Shown here piece after piece: positions 1 to 8,968 of a DNA stretch of 32,000 nucleotides. The position numbers and the translations under genes are program-made. The first letter of the stretch is position 1; each line of letters begins with the position of its first letter. Under the pieces are notes generated by a model that saw only the letters and a program-made list of their open reading frames with translations, was not told where the DNA came from and did no database searches. This stretch comes from an uncultured Methylococcaceae bacterium (GTDB lineage: Bacteria > Pseudomonadota > Gammaproteobacteria > Methylococcales > Methylomonadaceae): the NCBI GenBank assembly GCA_903945605.1, contig CAJAWH010000093.1, positions 7,186 through 39,185 of the forward strand. Direction: 5' to 3'.

Positions 1-1124
1 AGCGTTAGGTCGGTATCGACAAACGCTTCTCCAGGCCCCATGAATTGCAATTTTTTCGCCATAGACGGTATATCAAATAATTTGATTGATCGTGTCATGC
101 CTTGGCTATTTTTATATAAATAGATAACGCCTTTTTTTGCAACCTCATCCTCTAAATAATTTAATATCATAGGGCTATGTGTTGTAACTAGTATCTGATG
201 ATGAGCCTGTACTAGATAGTCAATCAAATATTCAATAACCTCGGGATTAATGCCATTTTCTATCTCATCAAATAACAGAAAGGCAGGATCACTTTCGAGT
301 TGTGAAATAATTGCCATTAGCCTTAACATGCCATCATTGATATGACGTGCTGTTGATGTAATTTTATGTTCACCAAATTGCTCAACTATATCTAACTCTT
401 TCCATCCTGAACGTAGTGAGCGTGTTTCAATTGATTTTAATTGACCATAGATATGATTTAGCATCTCACACAATTTTTCCTGACCATTCTTACCTGACTC
501 ATGGATAAAAGCTGACAGTCTTTCTCCACCCAACCCTAATTTTCCATCGGCAGATTTAGCCCTGTTACGCAACAACTCTGGTGTCAACAAGTCGAGTGAA
601 ATTATATTTAGAATAATCGACTTAGAATCCTTTAAAGCTTTATTTATTTGATCATCTCTCAGGGATGAAATAATTGAGCCTTAATAGTCCCATACAACTT
701 TATACGATTTTGGTAGTTCATTGTACTTAAAAAGACCAGTTAAAAATAAATAACCTTCTTCCACCCTAAGAAAGCACGTTCCGCGAATTGTAATTTCTTC
801 TTGTGTGCACCTCAATTTACTACGATTTAAACTTCCGCTCCAAATTATTTCACCCAAAGGGCCAGACTCAATAACAACTTTAAACTCAATATTGCTTTTC
901 CTTGTTAATTTAGAGCTAATATCATCCTTGGCCCAATGACGTACTTTAAGCCATTCGTCTAAGTTACCTCTCATTAGTTGTGACAAAAAATCTAAGGCGT
1001 GAAGTACTGTAGACTTACCGGAGCCATTAAGCCCAACCAAACAATTGAAAGCGGTAAATTCCAACTTAAAATCAACTAACGATTTAAAGTTATCAATCCA
1101 AATTGATTTAATTTTAGTCATCAT
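1..1124 (-). pseudogene. AAA family ATP-binding protein, ORF interrupted by one in-frame TAA (681-683) and truncated by window edge
   Basis: 681..1124 encodes MMTKIKSIWIDNFKSLVDFKLEFTAFNCLVGLNGSGKST (Walker A). Manual reverse-strand translation of 680..1 stays open in the same frame and contains FLLFDEIENGINPE (Walker B-like) and QILVTTHSPMILNYL. Only the TAA at 683-681 separates the halves. Confidence 0.8.
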
Positions 1125-4100
1125 TAATCTCCCGTTCCACCGGTCACCGCCTTAACCTCAGCGAGCAAATCACCAAATTTGCCGTAATTGACTTTAACAC
1201 CATCGTCCAAATCGATTTTGATCCACCTATCGGCATAATGTTTAAGTTTGTCGTCGAACTGGCGGAGTTCGGTTTGTTTTTTCTCCAGGGCTTGGATATC
1301 TTTTTTGATGCGCGTAGCCTCGGCGCTGCTGGCGTCTTGCAATTGTTGGTTTAACTGATCGGCATAAGCGCTGTATTTGCCCAGTAAGGGCGTGACGTAT
1401 TCGGTACGCATTCTGGCGAGGGTGCTGTCGTTGTAGCGGTGCAGGTAAACCAGACATTCGAAGGCTTTTTGCTTGCCGGTGCTGAACAGCCAGTAGATCG
1501 GGCGTTTTTTATAGGTTTGCAGGTGGTCTTTGTAAAACTGGTTGGACAGGTAGCGGCGCACGGTGTCCAAGCTGTTTTCGCCTTTTTTGGGTTTAAAGCT
1601 GCTCAAGGTCAGGCTTTCGGCGACGAATTCCAGGTTTTGCTGCAAAGTGTCTTCGCCCCACACTGTCACCAAGAACTCGCGGAAGCGGTTAGTGGCGTCA
1701 TCTTTGAACCATTCCTGATCGGTCAGCGGCAAAATGCCGTCTTCGTCAGCGGGAAAGCTTGGGTAACGGGACGGATCGAAATCGACATTGCCGGCATTTG
1801 CGTAGATCAAGCCTGGTTCATCCAGACTGTAGCGTCCCATCATACAGCCGATGGCATAGGAAATCAGACGTTGGATGTCTTTTTCTTGGTCGGCGCGGGT
1901 TAGGGTGATTTGGTCTTCGGGGACTTCGGGCGTGAGTTCATCTTGTAGGCCGTAGGCTTCAATGAATAGTCGGTTGTTTTCTTCTTCGAGCTGTTTCATC
2001 TGCGCGTATGCGGCACGGTTTTGGGTTTGCCATTTGGAGTAGGCGGTTGCCAGGTTTTTTTCTTTTGTGGCGATGAGTGGATTGGTTGCAAAATCCCATG
2101 AGGTTTCGTAGTTGTCCCAGTCGGTTTTTGCAATTTCAATTGCTTTCTTAACAAATTCATCAACTTCAGCATCAATAAATGGCAGAGCTATAACATTACC
2201 AACTTGAAAATTTAAAGTTGGGTTTAATGTATTCATTAGTGTTGGAGCGATTGCAGAACATAAAAAACCTGTAACCTTCAAAATTTTTTGCTGTTCAGGA
2301 AATAAAGATGAACCTGCTACGTCAAAAATAAAACCTGCTGAATAATAACGACCCCCAAAATATGATGAGCTTATAAACGACCAACTTACACTGGATTTAA
2401 AATATGAATCTCTGCCATCGTGACGAAATCCTGTATTGCTTCCGTTTTTTGCCCCTTCCAACATATCAAAACCATCATTTTGGTAATTGACTACAAAATC
2501 GTAATTGCCATGCCATTTTCTAAAAGCACCTCCTTTGTTATAAGGGAACCACTTTAGTTTCGATTGCTCTGCATCTTTTCTTGTAGAAAAGCCAATACCA
2601 AGATTTTTTGTATTAACTTCATGCCATAAGCGAACAAATTTATTGTTGTTTCCCGATGACATACCATGCTTCCCAACTGCAACATCACCCAACGCCGGAC
2701 TATTTGCAAAAATATCCCGAACTTTATCACTCACCCAATAGGCAATCGGACTACCTGAAATTTTTTTGAAATCGTCTTGAACGGTGGCATCAAAACGGTT
2801 TTGATTTGCTCGTAAAACGGCGGCTTTTTGCTCTTCGTTACCATCAATCAAGCGAAAAAAAGCAGGTTTGTAGCCGTTCATCTTTTTCTGATGAAACACA
2901 AATGCAGTTGTTTGCACCACTTCCCCTGAAATTTCCGCAAAGGCTCGTGCACCTAAATGCGCCATAGTGCATATCGTTCTGTTTGCTAACAACTTCTCCC
3001 GCAAAGTTTCATAAGACGACAAAAACATCCAACTTTGCATATTAACTTGAGCGTTAAATCCCGATAGATTGCAAAATTCAAAACCACGTTCTATAAACAT
3101 CGCAAACAAATCCGACTTGCTATCGGGAAACTGCTTTTTGGCAAACTCTTTCAATGCGGTATTCATGCCTTTACCGCCCATATACGGCGGATTAGCCACC
3201 ACAGCATCGTATTGCTGCGCCAATAACCAAGCCTGCTGCACATACGGCAACAAGGTCGTTGCCGCAAACTTTTGCATGTTGTCGCCTTGCTCAATCAGCT
3301 CCTGTAACTGGCTGGTCAAATTCCGCAAAAACTCCGCCTGCTCATGCGGTACTTGAATCAATGAACCCAAGGTTTTCGCTTGTTCGAATAAGACCAAGAT
3401 AGCCCGCAGTTGCTTAAACTCGATGTCGTCTAACGTATTTGCCAGGTTGCTTTGTATCTCTTCGTCGATAAGAGTATTAGTTCTACCGCGTTTGTCGCCT
3501 TCGTTTAACCCCAACTTTTGCCATAAATCCAGCAGATCGAGATTTTGCGTGGATTGAATCGCCAACACGTTGAGTTTGATGTCGCGGGTAAAAATGCGGC
3601 GGTCGTCTTCGCGGGCTTTCATCATCAAGGCAAAACCGGACAGTTGCGCGGCGCGGTCGTCGATGTCCAGGCCGTAGAGATTCTTTTCCAGAATCAGTTT
3701 GGGAATGTCGCGGACACGGTAGCCGCGCTCAATGTAAATGGCTTTGAGGATGTCGTAGGTTTCGACCAGGATATGGCCGGAACCGCAGGCGGGATCGAGC
3801 ACTTTGAGGGTTTCGGGATCGATGCTGGGCGGGGTGATCGCGGCTAGTGCTTCGACCACCGACGGTTCCTGTTCGGCGGGTTCGATGTAGTAGTCCATCT
3901 GCGCCTTCAGGCCGGAATCGGGATAGGTCATCAGCCATTGGCGACCGACGGAGTTTTGCACCAGGTATTTGACGATCCAGTTGGGGGTGAATAACTGGGT
4001 GGCGGCGGGGATGTCTTCGCTTTTGACCACGTTGCCTATGACTTGGTCTTTCTTTTCGGAGATATAAAACTGGTACAGCCAGCCGATAATTTCGACGGGT

Positions 4101-4723
4101 TGCCAGTCGTGTTCGGGGATGCTGTCCACCAGACCGCGCAGGATCGAATCGGTGCGGGTCAGATTGTCGGGCAGCAGCAGTTCGGTTTCATCATCCAGGG
4201 CTTCGAACAAAAACGGCATGGCTTGATGCAGTTGATGACATTGGCCCAACAGTAAGGTGCGATAGAGGTCTTCGTCTTTATTGCCCGCCAGTTTCAGTTC
4301 GACTATGCGGTTGCGATCCAGGCCCAGATCGGCGGCAACATCTTGGGCGTGGGCTAGGATTTCGAATGTTCCGGCTTTTTCAGGATGCGATAACACCCGC
4401 AGGTTATGCTCCAAATAGCCATGCAATTCCATGAAGCGAATGGCGGACAAGCGGTTGAACCAGGTGTAAGCCATCTGTTCTACTAATGCTTCAAAGCCCA
4501 TCTGCTCGGCCCGCTGAACCAGTCTCTCACGGGCACGCGCTAAACTGGCATCAAAACTCAAGCCTTCGATCTGCATCACCGAGCCGGAAATGACGGGTGT
4601 GTTGATGGTGAGCTGGCCTTTGCTGGTTGCATGAATACCAAACTGGTTAAGCCGTTGGCGGACAGCTGCTATGAAGTCGCGGCGGGCTTGCGGGGCGTAT
4701 TTTTTGAGGTTGTTGGTGTTCAT
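1124..4723 (-). CDS. pglX: BREX-1 adenine-specific DNA methyltransferase PglX
   Basis: 1199 aa; MNTNNLKKYAPQARRDFIAAV N-terminus, SAM motif VLDPACGSGHILVE, catalytic motif VVANPPYMGG; context next to brx genes. Confidence 0.95.
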   Translation of the reverse strand: MNTNNLKKYAPQARRDFIAAVRQRLNQFGIHATSKGQLTINTPVISGSVMQIEGLSFDASLARARERLVQRAEQMGFEALVEQMAYTWFNRLSAIRFMELHGYLEHNLRVLSHPEKAGTFEILAHAQDVAADLGLDRNRIVELKLAGNKDEDLYRTLLLGQCHQLHQAMPFLFEALDDETELLLPDNLTRTDSILRGLVDSIPEHDWQPVEIIGWLYQFYISEKKDQVIGNVVKSEDIPAATQLFTPNWIVKYLVQNSVGRQWLMTYPDSGLKAQMDYYIEPAEQEPSVVEALAAITPPSIDPETLKVLDPACGSGHILVETYDILKAIYIERGYRVRDIPKLILEKNLYGLDIDDRAAQLSGFALMMKAREDDRRIFTRDIKLNVLAIQSTQNLDLLDLWQKLGLNEGDKRGRTNTLIDEEIQSNLANTLDDIEFKQLRAILVLFEQAKTLGSLIQVPHEQAEFLRNLTSQLQELIEQGDNMQKFAATTLLPYVQQAWLLAQQYDAVVANPPYMGGKGMNTALKEFAKKQFPDSKSDLFAMFIERGFEFCNLSGFNAQVNMQSWMFLSSYETLREKLLANRTICTMAHLGARAFAEISGEVVQTTAFVFHQKKMNGYKPAFFRLIDGNEEQKAAVLRANQNRFDATVQDDFKKISGSPIAYWVSDKVRDIFANSPALGDVAVGKHGMSSGNNNKFVRLWHEVNTKNLGIGFSTRKDAEQSKLKWFPYNKGGAFRKWHGNYDFVVNYQNDGFDMLEGAKNGSNTGFRHDGRDSYFKSSVSWSFISSSYFGGRYYSAGFIFDVAGSSLFPEQQKILKVTGFLCSAIAPTLMNTLNPTLNFQVGNVIALPFIDAEVDEFVKKAIEIAKTDWDNYETSWDFATNPLIATKEKNLATAYSKWQTQNRAAYAQMKQLEEENNRLFIEAYGLQDELTPEVPEDQITLTRADQEKDIQRLISYAIGCMMGRYSLDEPGLIYANAGNVDFDPSRYPSFPADEDGILPLTDQEWFKDDATNRFREFLVTVWGEDTLQQNLEFVAESLTLSSFKPKKGENSLDTVRRYLSNQFYKDHLQTYKKRPIYWLFSTGKQKAFECLVYLHRYNDSTLARMRTEYVTPLLGKYSAYADQLNQQLQDASSAEATRIKKDIQALEKKQTELRQFDDKLKHYADRWIKIDLDDGVKVNYGKFGDLLAEVKAVTGGTGD

Positions 4724-4753
4724 TCTGTATTGCTGCCGTTTATTTTTATTTGG

Positions 4754-7700
4754 TTAAGCCGCAATGGTGCGGATACTGCTGCCATTTTTCGAGCTAATCA
4801 CGTCCAGCCGTAAGGCCATTTGTTCTTTCAATTCCGAGACATGCGAAATAATGCCGATCATGCGGCCACTGGCTTGCAGGTCGATTAGGGTTCTGATGGC
4901 CAAGTCCAGCGATTCAGGATCGAGACTGCCAAAGCCTTCATCGATAAACAAGGCGTCGAGTTTAATGCCGCCAGCGTAAGATTGGACGACATCCGACAAT
5001 CCCAGCGCCAAGGACAAGGCGGCCATGAAGGATTCGCCGCCGGATAGTGTAGCAACAGGGCGGTTTTTGCCTGTGTAGCCATCTTCCACTTCCAGATCGA
5101 GACCGGATGCCTTATTGCCTTTGGTTCGATCTTCCTTGCGTACCAACTGGTAGCGACCATTGCTCATGATATGCAGCCGTTGTGAGGCTTGGATCAATAC
5201 ATCGTCCAATAGCACGCTGAGCACAAAGCGTTGCAGACTGATGCGATTGCCGGTTTGGCCGTTGGCGACATCGCTTAAGGTGCCGACAATCCGGTATTGG
5301 GCTTCCAACTCTGCGTTCTTTTCATGGGCTTTGGCAAGCTTGTTTTTTACGCCTTGCAACTGATTATGGCGTTCTTGCAGTTTGCGCCAAGCTGCATCAT
5401 AGGCATTGAAGGCGTTCGTTTTGTCGGTAAGCTCCAAATCGAGTTTTTCCAAATCGGGTATGGCTTGATCCGCCAATTCGGTTTGCAGTTGTTCAACTGC
5501 GCCTTTCAGGGTAGCCCGTTCAGTTTGATAGGTTTCGATTTGTTTTTTTAGGTCTTGTCGTTGCTCATCACCGAGTAACGCAAGCAGGAAAGCATCAAGG
5601 TCTTCGAAAGGACTGTTGGTTAGCCCATCGTTCCAAGCGGCTTCAGTTTGACTGAATGCCAGTTGCAAGGCATCACGTTGCTGGCCTAGGGTTTGTAAAC
5701 TGGATTGTGCGCTGGCGAGAGCGTTGGATTTCTCGTTAAAGGCGGTCTGTGCGTTGCTGACGGCATCGGTCAGCGTTTTGATTTTGGTAGCCACATCGCT
5801 GATAGCTTTGCTTAATATCTGAGCGTCGCGATACGCTTCCGGTACCAGTTCTTCCAATTGTCCAACACGTGCACGGGCGGTTAGCACTTGGTCGTTATCG
5901 GATTTTGCTTGGGCTTCCAATGCGGCAATGTTTTCAGCCAGTTTAGCGAGTTGCTGGTTAAATTCGGCATTGCTTTGGGTCAGTTGTCTTTGTTGGGATT
6001 GTTGCTGTAACAAGCCTTGGACTTCGGATTGTTTGGTCTGGTAAGTTTGTTCGACTGCATTTAACGGCTGCTGGGCGATGTCTGCCAGTTGCTCGACCAA
6101 TTGGTTAATTTCTTTGATGACACCAGCCGTTTCCAGATGGGCAGTATCGTACTTGTCCTTGGCTATGTCCAAGGTTTTACGCGCCTGATCTTCCTGCGCT
6201 CTGGCATTTTCCACTTGCTGCTTGGTGACTAATTTGGCATCGTTGACGGCATGAGCCGGTGCTGGATGTTCCTTGCTGCCGCACACAGGACAAGGCTCAT
6301 CAATTTTGAGCTCTTGAGCGAGCAATGCGGCTTGGCCAGTGTGCCAAGCCAATTCTGTTTGACGAGCTTTTCGCTGAGCCGCTTCAAAGTCGCTTTGTTT
6401 GCTTCGGAAAGTCGCCAGCAATTGAGCTTCGAGCTGCTCTAATTCGATTTGTTTAGCGCGTTTTTGTTCGAGCAGTTTGCGCTGTTCGAACTGAACACGA
6501 CAGGCTTCCAATTCAATTTGTTTGGGAGCCAATGCTTCCAAGGCCAGAGCAATTTGATCGATTTGGACGGTGTTAGATTTCAGCGTAGTGGATAAGGAAT
6601 CGCTGGTTGTTAACTGCTTATCCAGATTGTCCTGACTGGTTTTGAGCTGTTGTTCGGCAGTAGCCAAGATAGACTTAGCTTGAGTTAACTCGATGACACG
6701 ATCCTGATATTGGTTAAGTTCAACCTGCTGTATGTTTAATTGATCCACTTCGACAAAAGCGGCCTGGGCTGCCTGCAATCGTTGTTCGGCTGCGTTTTTA
6801 TCTTCAGTCGCCTGTTCCAGTGTTTTTTCGCTGCTGGCAATTTGGGAAACCAGCTTTTGTAGTGCTGACGATTTTTCCTGATAAGAACGGTAAACCGGTT
6901 GAATCTTCTGGGCGTTGAGGGCGTGGTCGAGCTGGCGTTGTTTAGCCTGGATTTGTGGTTGCAGAGCGGTTTTTTGATTCAGTTCTTCTTGCTTGCCAGT
7001 CAATGTGTCGAAACGTTGTTTGACTGCCAAGGCAGTTTCTTTGGCCTTGGTTACTCGTAATTGGGCTTCGTGAGCTTGTTCTTTGTCTTGAGCAGCCGCT
7101 GTCAATTCCGGTTCAAGATGAGTCAGCTCATTGTCAATGTCCGCCTCAGAATGAACTTCAACACTTTGCAAAATACCTTTGATCTGGTGTTGATGTTGCT
7201 CAACCGCTTGTTTAATACCGGTAGCCTGGGCTTTGAGTTGATCTTCGATACGCTTGTAGATTTGGGTTTGGAATAATTGGCTGAAGATTTTTTCCCTTTC
7301 ACTCGAACCCGCCATCAACAGTTCGCGAAACTTACCCTGTGGCAAGACCATGACCTGACGGAATTGTTCGACATCCAGACCGATGCGTTTACGGATTTCA
7401 TCGCTGGCATCGCCGACGCTTTTGGCGACAATCAATGAGCCGTCCTCAGAACCATCGAGCAGCCACAATTGTGCTTCAGCTTGTTGGGTCGTAGTGCCTT
7501 CTCCGCGACTTTTCGGGCGCTCTTGAGTCGGAATTCGCCGTACACGGTAGCCAGTTTGGCCTAATTGAAAATCCAGTATAACTTCCGTCAAAAGGGCTGG
7601 AGCGGCATAATCACAACGCATTTGTGCCGGTTCGCGTTCCGCGCCCGTAGTTTGTCCGTAAAGGGCAAAACAGATGGCATCCAGAATTGAGCTTTTACCC

Positions 7701-7816
7701 GCACCCGTCGCTCCGTTAATCAGGAACAGCGGATTGGATCCCAGTCGCGTGAAATCGATGGTTTCACGGCTGGCGAACGGGCCAAATGCTTGCAGGGTCA
7801 GATTCAATGGCTTCAT
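4754..7816 (-). CDS. sbcC: Exonuclease subunit SbcC (Rad50-like SMC ATPase)
   Basis: 1020 aa; N-terminal FLINGATGAGKSSILDAICFALYG, long coiled-coil with central CPVCGSKEHP zinc-hook motif, C-terminal LSGGESFMAALSLALGLSD and LFIDEGFGSLD; 4-bp overlap with sbcD. Confidence 0.93.
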   Translation of the reverse strand: MKPLNLTLQAFGPFASRETIDFTRLGSNPLFLINGATGAGKSSILDAICFALYGQTTGAEREPAQMRCDYAAPALLTEVILDFQLGQTGYRVRRIPTQERPKSRGEGTTTQQAEAQLWLLDGSEDGSLIVAKSVGDASDEIRKRIGLDVEQFRQVMVLPQGKFRELLMAGSSEREKIFSQLFQTQIYKRIEDQLKAQATGIKQAVEQHQHQIKGILQSVEVHSEADIDNELTHLEPELTAAAQDKEQAHEAQLRVTKAKETALAVKQRFDTLTGKQEELNQKTALQPQIQAKQRQLDHALNAQKIQPVYRSYQEKSSALQKLVSQIASSEKTLEQATEDKNAAEQRLQAAQAAFVEVDQLNIQQVELNQYQDRVIELTQAKSILATAEQQLKTSQDNLDKQLTTSDSLSTTLKSNTVQIDQIALALEALAPKQIELEACRVQFEQRKLLEQKRAKQIELEQLEAQLLATFRSKQSDFEAAQRKARQTELAWHTGQAALLAQELKIDEPCPVCGSKEHPAPAHAVNDAKLVTKQQVENARAQEDQARKTLDIAKDKYDTAHLETAGVIKEINQLVEQLADIAQQPLNAVEQTYQTKQSEVQGLLQQQSQQRQLTQSNAEFNQQLAKLAENIAALEAQAKSDNDQVLTARARVGQLEELVPEAYRDAQILSKAISDVATKIKTLTDAVSNAQTAFNEKSNALASAQSSLQTLGQQRDALQLAFSQTEAAWNDGLTNSPFEDLDAFLLALLGDEQRQDLKKQIETYQTERATLKGAVEQLQTELADQAIPDLEKLDLELTDKTNAFNAYDAAWRKLQERHNQLQGVKNKLAKAHEKNAELEAQYRIVGTLSDVANGQTGNRISLQRFVLSVLLDDVLIQASQRLHIMSNGRYQLVRKEDRTKGNKASGLDLEVEDGYTGKNRPVATLSGGESFMAALSLALGLSDVVQSYAGGIKLDALFIDEGFGSLDPESLDLAIRTLIDLQASGRMIGIISHVSELKEQMALRLDVISSKNGSSIRTIAA

Positions 7817-8958
7817 GCCCGCTCCCCCTCAAGCTTATGAATTTCAGCAATGGTGGTTTTAATGGCTTGGTCTTGTTCCGGTGTTAAGTCGTCGCCATGC
7901 ACTTGTTTGAAGAAGTCGCGGAACATATCCAATTCACCGCGTTTTAACTTATCCCGATTGATGGGCTGATCCGACATATCCAACATGCCTGGTTTTTCGA
8001 TGTGCAAAACATTGGGATAAACTTGGCGCAATTTACCCATTGGATCGAGTATCGCGTGCTTGTCAGTTAAGCGAACCAGGAGGTAATCTTCGTTTTGGCG
8101 ATCTGTCTTGCCTTGTTCGAGCAGTGTATCCAATTCGCCTTCCAAGATGCGCATGTCTCGCAACGGATGCAGTGGCAAATGGGTGGCGGATTGCATACCG
8201 TTGGCGGCCATTTCGACCAAGGTGATGCCCTTGCGTTGGTTTTGCTCGGAGAAGCTGTATTTCAAGATCGAGCCTGAATAGCGGATGTGTTGCTCGCCTT
8301 TATGCTGCGGACTGTGCAGATGACCTAGTGCGACATAGTCAAACGCGGTAAACGCTTCGTAACTGATTCGGTCAGCACCACCAATGGACAGCGGACGTTC
8401 GGAATCCGATTCGTCACAACCATTGATAAAGCAATGGCTGATTAAGATAGTGGGCGAGTCATCCGATTTTGAGCTGATGATTTGCTCGACCAGATAGCGG
8501 TGCGCTTCGTCGTGGGTAGAAACGTCGACGCCAAAATGATTGCGGACCGATTCGGGATCATTGTAAGGAATGCCGTAGAAATTGACTTCGAGCAAGTTTC
8601 CACGAATTTTCACCGGTTGGTTAATTTGACCTAACTCGCCGATAATATGCAGGCCAGTCTGTCGTAATTGCCTGGAAGCGAAACGTAGCCGTTCGGCACT
8701 GTCGTGGTTGCCTGGAATGAGCAACACGGGGATGCCAAGTTCGGCACAAATTTTATTGAGCACATCGTCCAACAACTCTACCGCCGCCGCTGGTGGAACC
8801 GAGCGATCATAAACATCGCCCGCAATCACCACGGCATCGACGGCCTCACGTTCTATATGTTCGATTAACTGCTCCAGAACGTGGCGCTGGTCTTCCAATA
8901 ATGAAACATTATGGAATTGCCGCCCAATATGCCAATCCGAGGTGTGGATGAATTTCAT
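7813..8958 (-). CDS. sbcD: Exonuclease subunit SbcD (Mre11-like)
   Basis: MKFIHTSDWHIGRQFHNVSLLEDQ, VIAGDVYDR, LLIPGNHDSAERL metallophosphoesterase motifs; ORF-track start at 9063 trimmed to the ATG at 8958. Confidence 0.93.
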   Translation of the reverse strand: MKFIHTSDWHIGRQFHNVSLLEDQRHVLEQLIEHIEREAVDAVVIAGDVYDRSVPPAAAVELLDDVLNKICAELGIPVLLIPGNHDSAERLRFASRQLRQTGLHIIGELGQINQPVKIRGNLLEVNFYGIPYNDPESVRNHFGVDVSTHDEAHRYLVEQIISSKSDDSPTILISHCFINGCDESDSERPLSIGGADRISYEAFTAFDYVALGHLHSPQHKGEQHIRYSGSILKYSFSEQNQRKGITLVEMAANGMQSATHLPLHPLRDMRILEGELDTLLEQGKTDRQNEDYLLVRLTDKHAILDPMGKLRQVYPNVLHIEKPGMLDMSDQPINRDKLKRGELDMFRDFFKQVHGDDLTPEQDQAIKTTIAEIHKLEGERA

Positions 8959-8968
8959 GTTGTTGTCC

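Noticed and set aside
1242-1903. ORFs on both strands inside pglX (1242-1457 -, 1439-1903 +)
   Set aside because: Shadow ORFs within a well-supported methyltransferase; no domain-like sequence. The same applies to the other short ORFs antisense to sbcC, brxC, pheT and thrS.
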